Source: Vicugna vicugna
Taxonomy: Eukaryota
Assembly (NCBI GenBank): GCA_013265495.1
Contig: MU058065.1
Coordinates: 5,578,302-5,642,301 of the forward strand
DNA length: 64,000 bases
Reading direction: 5' to 3'
Part shown: in pieces, positions 11,870 through 24,017 of the stretch
Position numbering within the stretch: position 1 is the stretch's first letter
How the letters are laid out: each line of letters begins with the position of its first letter
The notes under the pieces: model-generated
What the model saw: the letters and a program-made list of their open reading frames with translations, nothing else
Told to the model about the DNA's origin: nothing
The model's database searches: none
Program-made: the position numbers and the translations under genes

Positions 11870-12280
11870 GCATTTTCTTGGAATTTGTGTAACAAGCATA
11901 TATTCGTGTATTTTAGGTGGGTATCTTTGACCCAGGGATTCCAAGATTCATTCCCTGAAAATGATTGGCCAAATTTTTAAAAGATGTAAAAATGATGCCC
12001 CCACCCCAACCCTCAGTTATTCACAACAGTGAAAGTAGGAAATAACCTCAAGGTGCATCAAGAAAGGACAGGTAAGTAAATTAACGTAAAGCCATACAGC
12101 TAGATTCTATGTAACCGTTTTACATATTGTTAGGGAAACATATCCACAGAATATCACTGAGTGGAAAAAAGCAGCTCACAAGACAAAAGCATATGTAATA
12201 TGAGATAACTTGTGAAAAATATCAAGATACTTGCATAAGCAAAGAGTCTAGAAGAATATTCACGATGGTTAGTTCCGAAA
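11870..12280 (+). mobile_element. Ancient L1ME 3' region
   Basis: tttgacccagggattcca...gaaataacctcaaggtgcatcaagaaagga...taaattaa...ccatac...gtggaaaaaagcag. Confidence 0.6.
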
Positions 12281-14577
12281 AGTGGCATTTTCCCCCAATT
12301 CCACCTCTTATAGCAATTGCTTTTACAGAAACTATGTTCCTTTTTCCAGAACATACAACTAAAGACACTGAAATACATTTTTTGCAAAGAAAAATACACC
12401 AATTTCTCCAGCTAGCCATCCAACTTTCTACATATAGAATTTTATTTCTTCCCACCAACTCTAAAAGATATGCCTCATCTAGTACAGTGTTGGCAATACA
12501 GGAGGATTCAAATACATGCTCAGATTCAGTCGATTTTAAGGCCAGAAATAATTGCCCCTTTCTGTTGAATGCAGCATGCCTAGAGGCATCCAAAGATAAT
12601 ATTATAAACATTCAGATGAAATATTTGCAAAGTAATTGATAGAGAAAATCCCATCTTGGAAGAATGTAGCAACTAGGTCACTAACTTGGAAATAGCCAGG
12701 TTAAGTCAAGACAACTTACAACTTCACTATATCCAACAGGGGAAGAGGCCCTGGGAGGAAACAGAAAACGTATTCTTGGCTTCCTATCACTTATCATCCA
12801 AACCAACTCCTCTACTATGGTTGTTACAGCATCATAGCGACGTCTTCGGCTGGTGAGTAGGCTGTAACCAGTGGAGCAGTATCTCCCACCCACCCTCATC
12901 ACCACCAACATAAAAGCATGGGGGGAATGGAGGATAGGAAGGGAATGCAGGAGTTTTCTCTCTCCTTTTTCTGATTAGATACCCTAGGAGAGAGCAGAAA
13001 GAGAGGGGGCAGAGGGGAGGGAGGGGACAAAGGCAAGAAAGAAAGGGAGGAAGAAGATAGCCATCCTTTCCCCCAGATCCAACAACATCGTGGCTGAATC
13101 TGTGTCAAGAGCAGAAATTGGCTTCACAAACACCGCAGATCTGAAAAACAGAATTGTTATCAGCTCATATGTTCCATCGATTTGATGTGGTTATAAAAGT
13201 AGAATAGCCTCTGGATAAAAACCTGGTTTCTGAGATCATGGGCCTTATGACAATAAAATTTCCCTGTAACAATTTAGACCCAGGTATATGGAAAACACTT
13301 CACTTGCATAGTTTTTCCCAAGTGTATTAAAATTTTTATTTCATCCACAATAAAGCCTGTTTTCTCCCAGAAAGAGATATGAGAGGTTTAATAAGGGAGT
13401 GGCTTTGCCCTGGTTTCTGACCTAGTTTATGAAGGCCAGTTTTCTCTGGCAGGCCAGGGACCAGAGACGCCTGCAGTCATAGAGAAGGTCATCCTCCATG
13501 GATTTCCCCTGAATCATCCTAAAACTGAGCCTAGGGATACCCTCGGCACAAATTTCTGACCCCAGAGCTAACCTCTTCCACACTCTGCCTGTGCCAGGGG
13601 GTGGACATGTTAAGATAAGAAACCTAAGAGGTCTGGAAATGTCCAGGCAACAAAGTATTGTTAAGCCTTCCCTTTCTGGATCATTTTTCTTACTGTAGGC
13701 GCTCAGGATCCTTTCCATATCAAAACTTCCTCTCAGGAAATGACCTCATGTCAGTCATTCACACTTTAGTGAGAATTCAAATATCTCCTCTTCCAAACAC
13801 ATTTTAAATTACAGTCCTTCTAAGTGTAAGAAAGAATATTTTGTTTCTTAGAGGAATCTCAAACATATTTGATTAGACTCTTTGGGGAGTGGGAGTGAGA
13901 GGGAGGACTTTTCCACCTCCTTGAAATGTCACCATTTTCTGATTCTAAAACAAACATGACCCAAAAAGCAAAAAGGCCCCAGAAGCACAGTTGTCCTTTG
14001 GGGGATTGCTTCACAGTCATAGCAGAGAGTAATCCATTTTCAAGCCATCACTTTAAACAGTTGCCTCTCAGATAGACCAACCCCATCTCTGTTGCCTTAT
14101 GACACTTCCTGTTTCCTTCATGTTGATTAAGCGCCCAGCTGGAATGGCTCCTACCATCAAGGAAATACGGTCTCACTGGCTGGAGAATAGACACCGTACA
14201 GTACAGTCACCTGTAACTTTCAGTGATGGGTTGCATATTTACAGTTATTTTAATTACACTTGAAAGGATAAAGATCAGGAACAGATGTCAGACAGATAAA
14301 TTAAAATTAATGATCATTTGCTAATGGAGTGAAGAACCATTCATCATTTTATTAGAACTAATTCTTAGGGCCATATGGAACCTTTTACAATGGGAGCAAA
14401 TCTTTATTCTCTTTGGAATATTAAGATTTTGATTGATAAAATGCAGAGAACAGGGTTTCCCAAGTAAAATTGCCTCTTATTAAATGTTAGTAGTTACCAG
14501 TTAATATGACAAACCAGATATGTTCAAGTAAAGTACATGTACAAATGTTGATCAGAGTATGTTGCCCTGCCTTCCTT

Positions 14578-15310
14578 CCTTCATTTATTTATTTAACAGG
14601 TGTTTACTGAGTGCCAAGTACCATGCTAGGTGTAGAGATATATCAGTGAACAGAAACAGAGATGGTCTTACCTTCCTGAATCTAACAATGTAAATGAAAC
14701 AGATACTAATCATATACTTACACTCACAAATATAAAATCGCAACTGTAAAAGGTGATAAGCATGTGCAAAAGCCCTGTGACCAAGGGTATCATGGAGCAG
14801 GCAATGAAGACACCAGAGGGCTAGAGCGACTGGAAAAACAAGCCTGAGGAGGGACGTGGTGTGAGACGAGGTTGAAGAGGCAGGCAGGGACTTGTAAGCC
14901 ATGACTGGTGTTTTATCTTTTCCTAAGCACAATGGGAAGACAATGAAGAGTTGTGAGAAGGAGCGTGGCAGGGTCAGATGTGAATTTTGAGATCACTCCA
15001 CCCAGTAGGGTGAAGTCTAAATGGGAGGGTAGGAGGCAGAGTGGATGTGCAGATGCCAGTTCCGTATGTTTGTTGTGGTCTGGGTGCAAATGGGTAGAAG
15101 CAATAGTAAGAGGGAAGCTGATGTTGATGGAGTGCTGATGGTCGGCTGGGGTCAAAGTGGAAAAAAGTGGTTGGATTTGAGAGGTATTTTGAAGCCATCT
15201 AGAAGAGAGTGGATTGAGTGGGGACAATGGTGAAGACAAAGTGTCAGTTTGTAGCTCTGGGATTTCTGGCCTGCAGAACTGGCTAGATGGGAATGCCACT
15301 CACTGAGATT
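14578..15310 (-). mobile_element. L2 (L2a-like) 3' portion
   Basis: tcatttatttatttaacaggtgtttactgagtgcc...cagtgaacagaaacag...tttatcttttcctaagcacaatgggaag...ggatttgagaggtattttgaag. Confidence 0.85.
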
Positions 15311-15759
15311 TTTTTTAATGCTGAGGAGGTCCAATTAAGAAGGGAATGTTCTGGATCTCTGGGTGATAAGTCCACACATGCCCTTCCCTGACCATACCAC
15401 CCAGCAGAAACCATGGCTGAAGTGGAAAAGGCAATGGAGTTTAAAGGGATACTTTGGCCATTTCTATTTGATCAGGCTCCCACATCCTCTTGCCCTGGGG
15501 ATGTGAGCCCTGGAAAGGATGGGGGAGATTGTCCAGCACCCACCTGCTCACTTGACAGGTGAATGAGAATGAAGAGACCTTGCCCAAAGGCATGAAGCAA
15601 ACGAGCAGGTGTGCCAGCACAGTCTAGAGGAGACCTTGGAGAGAAGCCCTCAGAGAACAGCCAGCAAATGCCCGCCGGGGTGCCCCGCACCTTGCCATGT
15701 ACTGTGATTTAAAGATGAGCAAGTCACCAGCCCTGGAGAGGGAAGGCGTATGAACAGGA

Positions 15760-15960
15760 ATCCAATTTGATAAGTGTTGTGATAGAGAGAGACCGGGAGG
15801 CAGGGGGAGGGAGGTTACCGGATATTCACAGGAACACAGACACCCCAGGGAAGCAGGCATCAGGGATGAATTCCTACCCATCTGAGCTGAGTTCTGAAGA
15901 ATGAAAGGGGGTGTTTGAGTGTTTCCAGGGAGAGGAAATGGCAGGACAGAAAGTACAGAG
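15760..15960 (-). mobile_element. L2 fragment
   Basis: ggcatcagggatgaattcc...tctgagctgagttctgaagaatgaaagggg...ttccagggagaggaaatggcagg. Confidence 0.6.
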
Positions 15961-16878
15961 ACTGTCAGCAGGTTAGACTGTCAGTGCCCCTCCTTTCTTC
16001 CTCCTCCTCCTCCTAGCAACCTCCCCCCAACTCCCCTCCAAAATCCTTCCTTGCATAATCCCCTCAAGAAGTTCTAGCTTTTGGAAAACAAGCTAGGAAG
16101 AGCATTTGCTTCTCTGCAGGTAACTCCAGCTCTCCACCCAGGAAACACAAACCTCTCCCAGGGTTGAGTCTGGTGACCTTCTTCAGAGGTAGCTGAGGGG
16201 TGGGGGGGGGTCCCAGTGATAAGGAGATAGCAGGAACAAGACACCACTGAGTATTTCAATATATTATCCTTCCACAAATGTTCTAGAAAGTTCATCTTGA
16301 CCGCACTATGGAGAATGAGTTGGAGAGAGGAATCAGGATTGTTTAGGAGACAGAGCTCCTGGCACAGGACAGAGGGCCTGTATAAGGGGATTTAGGTATT
16401 CCTCTGCAAGCAGCCAGCAAATATCTAAACAGGCCTGCATCAAACCATTGCACGGGATTTGCCACCCTTATCTCCACAGGGAGCTAGATCCACCCAAATC
16501 GGGCACCCAATTAGGAAAGGATACAGATGGAAGGCAGAGGAGGAAGCAGACTGGGTTTCCACTCGAGCAGAAGTTGAGGATGTGAAGATGTTTTCTTCCC
16601 TCCAAGTTCTGAAAACCCCAGATCTCAGTGCCTTTGTGGGCACATGGGAAGAAGTAACTCAGCCAGTCTCTCTGTCAGCTCTTTTGTTTCAGGGAACTGA
16701 AAGGGGATGACAGTTTAGCAAGAGCAAGCAGGTTTTGCTCTGACCACTTCCAGAGTCGGGACAGAAGAGGAACTCCCAGGCTGAACGTAATGATGTCAGA
16801 GCCTCGCCCTATGCTGCCGCCATCCAGTGTCCCCGCCACACACAACCTTCACCCAAGCTCTCTCCCTGTACCCCCTTA

Positions 16879-16915
16879 CACACACACTCACACAAACACA
16901 CACACATACACACCC
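16879..16915. repeat. Imperfect (CA)n microsatellite
   Basis: cacacacactcacacaaacacacacacatacacacc. Confidence 0.8.
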
Positions 16916-17079
16916 ACGCACGCTATGCTCAGTTAGGGAGCTTAAAGAGGGCACTCTCTCCATCTCCTCCCTCCTCAAAGCCTTTGCTCTCAACAGACAC
17001 CAAATGCCCAGCCAGCCCCGTCCCCCCATCCCCTCCTCTTCCCTTCCTGGGGCCTTGCACCCAACGAGGAAGATTCAAG

Positions 17080-17229
17080 GGGGGAAGGTATAGCTCAGTT
17101 GGCAGAGCAGCATGAGGTCCTAGATTCAATCCCGAGTACCTCCTCTAAAAATACAGAAGTAAATAAACCTAATTACCTACCCCCCAAAACAAATAAATAA
17201 ATCACTCTTAAAAAATACTTTTTAGTAAA
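17080..17229 (+). mobile_element. tRNA-derived camelid SINE (vic-1-like), internally deleted
   Basis: GGGGGAAGGTATAGCTCAGTTGG...AGATTCAATCCCGAGTACCTCC...aaacctaattacct; TSD aggaagattcaag (17067-17079) / aggaaaatttaag (17230-17242), 11/13 identical. Confidence 0.85.
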
Positions 17230-18059
17230 AGGAAAATTTAAGATCTCACAAAAAGATGCAGGACCCCACTTTAGCAGATTGGGGGTGACCATGTGGGAGA
17301 ATCACTCAGGCCTTCGGACCAGCCACTCCGCAGAGCTGACAGTTCCTCGCTGTCCCTGGCCTCCAGGATAGATTTGCCCCCAGGACGCAGCATCGGGATT
17401 CTTTGGGGGCTGGTGGCCTTCTCTTGGCTGTTGCCCTGCAATCTGCATGATTCTCTCTTTTCAAATACAAGGCAAAAATGAGTTTCTGGAGAATGAGCTG
17501 TTGGGCCCACACTCCCGGGAGTGAACACCCCTGGGCCCTGGCAATCAATCCCCCGTCACTGGGGCTGGGCCCGCAGTCAGCAGCTCAAGCGTAATTTAGG
17601 GCTGTGCTTATTACAGGCTCAGACCTTGTTTGATGCACTAGAGCAGAAAAAAGTTCTCTCTCTGCATGTGGCCGTGTCCTCCATGTCTCTCGTATCTTTA
17701 ACAATGTAAACATCAGAAACAGATGGGGAGAGCCAGGCCTGTGCCAGGCCAAACAGCGCTCACCGCAGACAATATGCCGTGGGGCCAAGACAAACACGCT
17801 CTGTGGATACCACTAATTTAGAGCACGCTGGAACCAAGCAAAACAAATAACAATTAAGGCCCAGAAATCTTAAAATGAATAGCCTTTCTGTACACAAACT
17901 CCATGCCACTATTAAAAGGCCATCAACTGCGACGAATATATGAAACATAACAATGAAATCCTTCTTATGTGAATAATGACTGAATAATTACCGGGAAAGG
18001 GAGCATGACTGTAGTTTGCAGACTCTGTGGGGTTTGCACACTGAGGTTTGCTTTTGCAG

Positions 18060-18220
18060 AGCACGCGGACACTTTCAGAATGCCTTCACAGACTTGTGTC
18101 ATCATGACAACACTGGAAGGAGTCGGTATGGCAGGCCTTTGTGTCCCCACTTTCCAGATGGGACAACTGTGGCATAGACTGGTGAAGAGAATCAGCTAGT
18201 CCCAGCTAGAACCAGCTAGT
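18060..18220 (-). mobile_element. MIR
   Basis: tcatgacaacactggaagg...tgtccccactttccagatgggacaactgtggcatagactggtgaag. Confidence 0.65.
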
Positions 18221-18899
18221 CCCATGCTCTCATGGGCAAAATAGGGTCTAAAATGAGGTCTCCTGACTTGTCCAGTGTTCCTTCTGCCAGCTTGCACGGT
18301 CCTCCCTACTCACGCCTGCAAGCCCCATGCCCCTTCCTCCCCATTATATCTCTTAACCAGGGAGACAGGTGCCAGAAACGTCTTAGACAGAGAATGGGCA
18401 AAGCTGGGGATCCAGGCGTCAGCATCTTGCAATGCCCAGGTAGCCTTCCAAACCTTCAGCACGTCATCTCTCTTCACCAACCAAGACAGATGCCTTAACG
18501 GGGGGGGGGGGGGATGTGTGTGTGTGAAGGTTACCTACGGAGCCACTAGCTATAAGCCAAGGGGCTTCAGCCAAATGGCTTCAGATTTCAACCAGGTATA
18601 ATCCCTCCTTAGGGGTCGCGGCTCAGGGCAGGGAGTGAAAAAGAAGAATCCACCTGAAGACATACCAGTCCCCTGCCTGCAGCTCACGCACCCAGCGGAT
18701 CACTCACTTCATCTGGGCCCAGCTGAGCTGCAGAGATACTGCCCATCTTGGGTGGGTCAGTACGCAGGGGATCTGGCTCCCAGCGAGAAAGGCTCCTGGG
18801 AATGCAGATGCCACGTGGCTCTCAAGAGTCACCGAAGCACAATAAAAGCCACTCTTGGCCAATCAGACCCACAGAACACTTAAAACACTGGTCTTTTTA

Positions 18900-20100
18900 A
18901 ATGTGAGGATGGCATAAGGAAGTGGGTACAATTATAAACTTTCAGGAGGAGGGTAAATCAATACAATATTTTTAAGGGCAATTTGGTAACTTCAATTAAA
19001 ACAAATTAGGTTGAACCATTGAAATTGCCAAATCCACATTTGGCCTATAAAAATTTCATATAGTTCAGCCCAATACAATGTACACATTGTCCAACTTTGC
19101 ATATCCACTTCTTTGTAGCTACCCTACAGAAATGTTGGCACGTTTCCACAAAGAGCTTACACTAAGATGTTCACTGGAACATACGGGGGACAGTAGGAGT
19201 TTGCAAACAACCCAAGTGCCAATCAACAAAACAGGAGAATAACCCAGGTTGGAGCTTTACTGGGAAATGTTATGCAGTAGGTACAAATGCAGATAGATCT
19301 TTTCAACAAACAAATTGCAAGAAGAGAGAAATGGAAGGGGAACCTACACAGTAAAAAAGACAGAGATTTATCAACCAACTGCAATGTGTGCATCTTAATA
19401 GGATCCTGACTCAAATCATTTTTTAACTAGATAAAGGTGGATATTAAGGAATTGTTTATTTTTTAAGTGTGACAATGATGTTGTGTTTATATTTTTTTGA
19501 TAACTCTCATCTTTTAGAGATACATAATGAAATATTTATGGTCAGAAAGCTGTATCTGAGTTTCACTTTAAAATAATGAAGGAGAAAATAGGTGGGTTAG
19601 ATGTTCCAGGTTGGACGAGTGATAATTGTTAACCTGAGTAGTGGGTACAGGAGGATTCATTATATTATTTAGTCTACTCTTGAATGTATTTAAATTTCTC
19701 CATAACAAAACATTAAAAATAAAGTATCGCTCTTAAACAAAAGACATAGTTGTATGCAAAGATACTATTCTATACATATTGTTGAGGAAAGAACATATTA
19801 AGTGAACTAGCAAGTTGCAGTATAATATTACATTATGACATGTATTACATCATGATACCAGTTATTTGAAAAATAAAAGCACAAAACCACATACACATAT
19901 TCATGTAAATGTATTTTTTTTAAGTTCAGAAGTTTACACTGTAGACAAAGCTGTTAAGAGTATTTACTGCTGAGGAAGAAACTGGGACTGGAACATGTGT
20001 GGGTGGTAATGGTTGAGGTGAACTTTTCCTTTTGTCTGTTGTTTGTGTTTTTATAAGAGTATATTAATGTACTTCTTGTATAATTTAAAGCAATATTAAG
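18900..20100 (+). mobile_element. Composite of ancient L1ME/L1MC 3' ends
   Basis: ggcaatttggtaac...atccacttct...aagatgttcactg...aaacaacccaagtgccaatcaaca...aactgcaatgtg...ggatcctgactcaaa...gataattgttaacctgagtagtgggtacaggaggattcattata. Confidence 0.7.
19005..19075. mobile_element. MADE2-like mariner MITE nested in L1M
   Basis: Inverted termini ttaggttgaaccattgaaatt ... aatttcatatagttcagcccaata. Confidence 0.75.
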
Positions 20101-20304
20101 CATCATTAACCAAAAGTTTTGAAGCAGCATTTGGGGAGCCCTCAAATTGTTCTTAAAATGATTCTCAGGCAGTGGAGGTGCTGCAGAGCAGTAGCGTGCT
20201 ATGTGTGGGCGCCGGCGACTGTGTGTTGGTTCATTTCTTGTCATTTCTTATTTGTGAGTCACCAATGTCCAAGGGGGTGGAGAGAGAGAGAAGAAACTGC
20301 CCCT

Positions 20305-20490
20305 TTTCTAAGTACCTGCTAAGTGCCAGGCATGGCCACAGCCATCATGTCCAGAATCCTCATCATAACCGTGGACCAACCGTCATAGTCTGAAGGTCAG
20401 GGACTTTCCCAAGTCCACTCAGCCAACAGCTGATCGAGTTGAAACCCAAATCCAGGTGTGACACCAGAGTCCATGTTCCTTCTGCCATAA
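20305..20490 (-). mobile_element. MIR
   Basis: tacctgctaagtgccaggc...aatcctcatcataacc...actttcccaagtccactcagcca...ttgaaacccaaatcc...caccagagtccatgttc. Confidence 0.65.
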
Positions 20491-21059
20491 CATGGTGCAG
20501 ATGGTCAGGTTCTTCCCTGCTTGGGGTTTCCCTGGGGCTGAGCAGAGGGAGTCACAAGTGAAAGGACAAAGAAGACAGCAGCCACCTTGACAGGAAAGAG
20601 GAGGCAGAGGAGCTGCAGAACAGGCAGCAGGGGTACAGGAGGGATGGAGATGATGGCCGGGTAACTGAACATCACTGTAGCCACGAGCCGCAGTGCTGAT
20701 GGTGAAGCTATGAGGCTGGCGGTGATGGGCGCAGTGGTGAAGAGGGGTGATGGGGAGCGGGAGCTGCTCTCTCATTGGTGTGTCTGCACCTCCGAGGCCA
20801 GGGGTGTGAAGAAGGTAGCAGAAACGGTGCTGGTGAGCTCAGAGCCCAGGACAGTGAAGTGGGGTGAGTGGAGGCAACAGTGGGAGTGGATTTTTCAGCA
20901 GAGGGGAGAGTCTTCCCAACAGGGAGAGGGGGACGGGAAGGAAAGAGGCAGAGAGTGCAGGAGTCAGTGCCAGGCTCTTCAGAGTGCCAGGCAAGCAGCC
21001 CTCCTCCAGCTCTTCCTAGAAATTTCATGAATAAAAATATATCAAGCCAGTTCCTCAAA

Positions 21060-21345
21060 CCAGTCATTTTCTCAGACCTTCCCACACGCAGTTGGTTCTC
21101 TGCTTGGAACATCCCTCGCCTCTCTCCCTCCCTCTTAGTTGTTGCTTCCAGCAGGGATCACATTTTCTAATTATTTATTCCATTGCCCACTTGTAATTAC
21201 CATCACAGTGCATCCTAAACTGCATATTTGGGAGGAGGGGCACACAGATCAAGTTCGTTTTGTTTATCACCATCCCCAGCAGACAGCAACGCATCAGGCA
21301 CAAAGTTGGTGCTTAATAGCTGTCTGAAGGGTGGGTGAATAAAGA
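21060..21345 (+). mobile_element. L2 3' end
   Basis: gcagttggttctctgcttggaacatcc...ttttgtttatcaccatccccagc...caggcacaaagttggtgcttaatag. Confidence 0.6.
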
Positions 21346-21442
21346 AAGAAGGAAGGGAAGTAGGGAAGGAGGGGGAAGGGAGGAGGAGGAGGTGAAGAAG
21401 GAAAGGAAAGAAAGGAAGGAAAAACGAGAGGGAGGGAGGGAG
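21341..21442. repeat. Polypurine (GAA/GGA-rich) low-complexity tract
   Basis: About 100 nt of almost only A/G. Confidence 0.8.
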
Positions 21443-22454
21443 CTATAACAATTCACTTCAGCTCTCTGCTACCTAGACAAAGGAATGCCTAGCAGGCAAA
21501 GAGAACTTCCTTGAGCATGTCTTCCAGTAGCATCATTTCCAAAATAAGATTCTCAGTTTGGAAACCTACTTTGCAACCCTGCACTAACCTGATTCTTCAC
21601 CAGTCTTATCTGCACCCAATCTCCCCTCGGTTCTTCAGGAGAGCAAAGAACTGGCTGAAATTGCATATTGGATTTTGCATAGAAGTAGTGTGTGCATCTC
21701 AAATATTACTCAGTTGTCAGAGAGCTGCTAAACTACATTCTCAGCTGGCTTCGTAGAGTATTTATAACTGCCAAAACAAGTTATTTCCAAAATAAACGTC
21801 GTATTTTTAGCCCAATGTTGTTGGTAACCTGTTTGGTTAAGTCACAGACGCAGCTCAGAATCCGCAGGCTGTCTCCAGTCACCCCTGGTTGCCAGGAGTC
21901 ATCTTCAGTCACTGGATGCCCAGCTCACTGGGTGAGGGGACCACCTCTGGAACTTGTACACCCACCCCCCAGCCATCAAAGGAAGTCTGGTCAGATGGCT
22001 TTGGAAAGCGTGGCTCACCCTCCACTCCCTTTCCTCTTGCAGGTTTCATCCTCCCTCTGTGGGTGACCACAACCAAAGAGTAAAAGAGAAAGGGCAGCAA
22101 TGAGAATGGAAAAAGGGAAAGAAGGTGGAGGGGTCGGGGGTGAGGGGATAGCTGCCCAAGTGTTACGTTAGCAGATGCTAAGGGGCAGCCAAAGAGCCAA
22201 GATGGAGAAGGCAAAGGTGAGAAGACGGGGGGAAGGAAATTCACACAGAATGTTCTTCCATGAGCGGAGGGTATAGAGGACGCTGTGGGGACCCCTGGGG
22301 ACCCCTGGATTTGCAGCCTGTACACCTGAGAGGGAGGTTTCTGGGAAGGAAAGCAAGAACACAGGGAGCCTGTCTTCAGTTTTCTACAGTTTTTACCAAC
22401 ATTTTCTTCTCCTGCTGGTGCTGCTGCTGTGCTGAAGATTCTGGAGAAGAGTGT

Positions 22455-22670
22455 GGGGAAATGTTGACATCAGCCAGATCTAGGCTTCAACTCCAGCTTT
22501 GCCTCCTACCAGCTGTGTGACTTGGGGCAAGTTACTTAACCTCTCTTGGTCTTAGTTTCCCCAATTATGAAATATGGGAAGTAATAGTACCTGCCTTCCA
22601 GGGAGGTTGGGAGAAATAAACACACTAATATTTCTTTCAAAAGTGCCTGCCACATAGTGATAATAAATGG
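22455..22670 (+). mobile_element. MIR
   Basis: ctaggcttcaactccagctttgcctcctaccagctgtgtgacttggggcaagttacttaacctctc...gtaatagtacctgcc...gtgcctgccacatag. Confidence 0.85.
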
Positions 22671-22919
22671 AGACTCTTGTGTCCACTTCCTATCCCCAAT
22701 CTCTCTCTCCTACATGACTAATTTCCCCCTATGATAGTAAGTTCAGGAGCAGGGTGTTAAAGTCTGAGCAAGGGTTGTGGAAGGAGGGAGGAGGGACCCA
22801 GAACTCTTGTTTAGGGGAGAGCCACGAGGCTAGTGATGATAATGGCCTTCAAAGCCTGAGGCTCAGCCCAACATGGGTTCAGATCCCTCCTCCACCATTG
22901 ACTGTGTGCCTTTGGCAGG

Positions 22920-23403
22920 TACGTTAGTTTCCTGTAGCAAATCACCATAAACTTAGTGGCTTAACACAACACAAATGTATCCTCTTACAGTTCTGGAAGT
23001 AAGAAGTCCAAACTCAGTTTCACTGGCTAAAATCAAGATCTCAGCAGGGCTGGTTCCTTCCAAAGACTCTACGGGAAATCCTTCTTCTCGTCTTTCCCAC
23101 CTTCTCGTGGTCAGCTGTATTCCTTGGCTTGTGGCTCCTCCCACCATCTTCAAAGAGCATCATTCCAATCTCTGCCTCTGTCATCACATCACCTTCTCCT
23201 CTGGCTCTGACCCTCCTGCCTCCCTCTTATAAGGACCCTTGAGATTACATTGGACCCACCTGAACAATCCAAGATGCTCTCCCCATCTCAAGATCCTTCA
23301 TTTAACCACATTTACAAAGTCCCTTTTGCCATATAAGGTACCTTCACAGGTTCTGGGGATTATGGCGTGGACATATTTGGAGACCATTGTTTAACTTACC
23401 ACT
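22920..23403 (-). mobile_element. MaLR solo LTR (MLT1C/D-like)
   Basis: ttagtggcttaacacaacacaaatgtatcctcttacagttctggaag...aaggacccttgagattacattggaccca...aaagtcccttttgccatataagg; flanks gcagg/gcgag. Confidence 0.9.
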
Positions 23404-23465
23404 GCGAGTGAATTCATTTCTCTGAGACTTGTTTTCCTCCCCTGTACAATGGGAATGATATCAAC

Positions 23466-23853
23466 TGTGATGGTTCATATTGGGTGTCAACGTGTCATAC
23501 TTCCCAGATACGTGGTCAGACACAGTCTAAGTGTCACTGTGAAGATATTTTTTTCAAGGAGATTAATATTTAACTCAGTAGATGCTAAGTAAAGCAAATT
23601 ATCATCCATAATGTGAGTGGGTTTCATCTAAGCAGTCAAAGGCCTGAGAGAAAAAGACTAACATCACCTGAGAAGAAAGAATCCTGTTTCCAGGCTGCCT
23701 TTGGACTCCAACCATAACATTGACAGTCCTCTGGATCTCTAGCCTATCAGCCTGTCCTGAAGATTTTGGACTGCTAGCCCCACAATCACATGAGCCAATT
23801 CCTTTCAAAAAAAATTTTATTAAAAATTAAAATATTGATGGATGGATGTAGAC

Positions 23854-23888
<35 letters not shown>

Positions 23889-23932
23889 ACACACATCCTA
23901 CTGATTTCATTTCTCTGGTCAACCCTAATATA
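23466..23932 (+). mobile_element. ERVL solo LTR (MLT2-like) with an internal (TG)n at about 23856-23886
   Basis: tgtgatggttcatattgggtgtcaac...agtaaagcaaattatcatccataatgtgagtggg...ccccacaatcacatgagccaattcct...tttctctggtcaaccctaata. Confidence 0.9.
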
Positions 23933-24017
23933 CCTGCATTTAAAGGAGTTTAAATGAGATAAAACATGCCCAGGGTTCAGCACAATGAGGTTCAGCACAT
24001 CAAGGTCAATAAACGTT

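Larger units (their letters stand above)
22860..24000 (+). mobile_element. MIR in three pieces (about 22860-22919, 23404-23465, 23933-24000), split by two LTRs
   Basis: gggttcagatccc...tgtgtgcctttggca | gagtgaattcatttctctgagacttgttttcctc..tgtacaatgggaatgata | tttaaatgagataaaacatg. Confidence 0.75.

Noticed and set aside
12222..12639. Overlapping 129-aa and 124-aa ORFs on opposite strands
   Set aside because: No recognisable domain; partly overlaps L1ME remnants; length is within chance for 64 kb
13060..13160. Minus-strand acceptor (ttctgtttttcag) and possible exon
   Set aside because: No good donor; frames stop or run into a low-complexity tract
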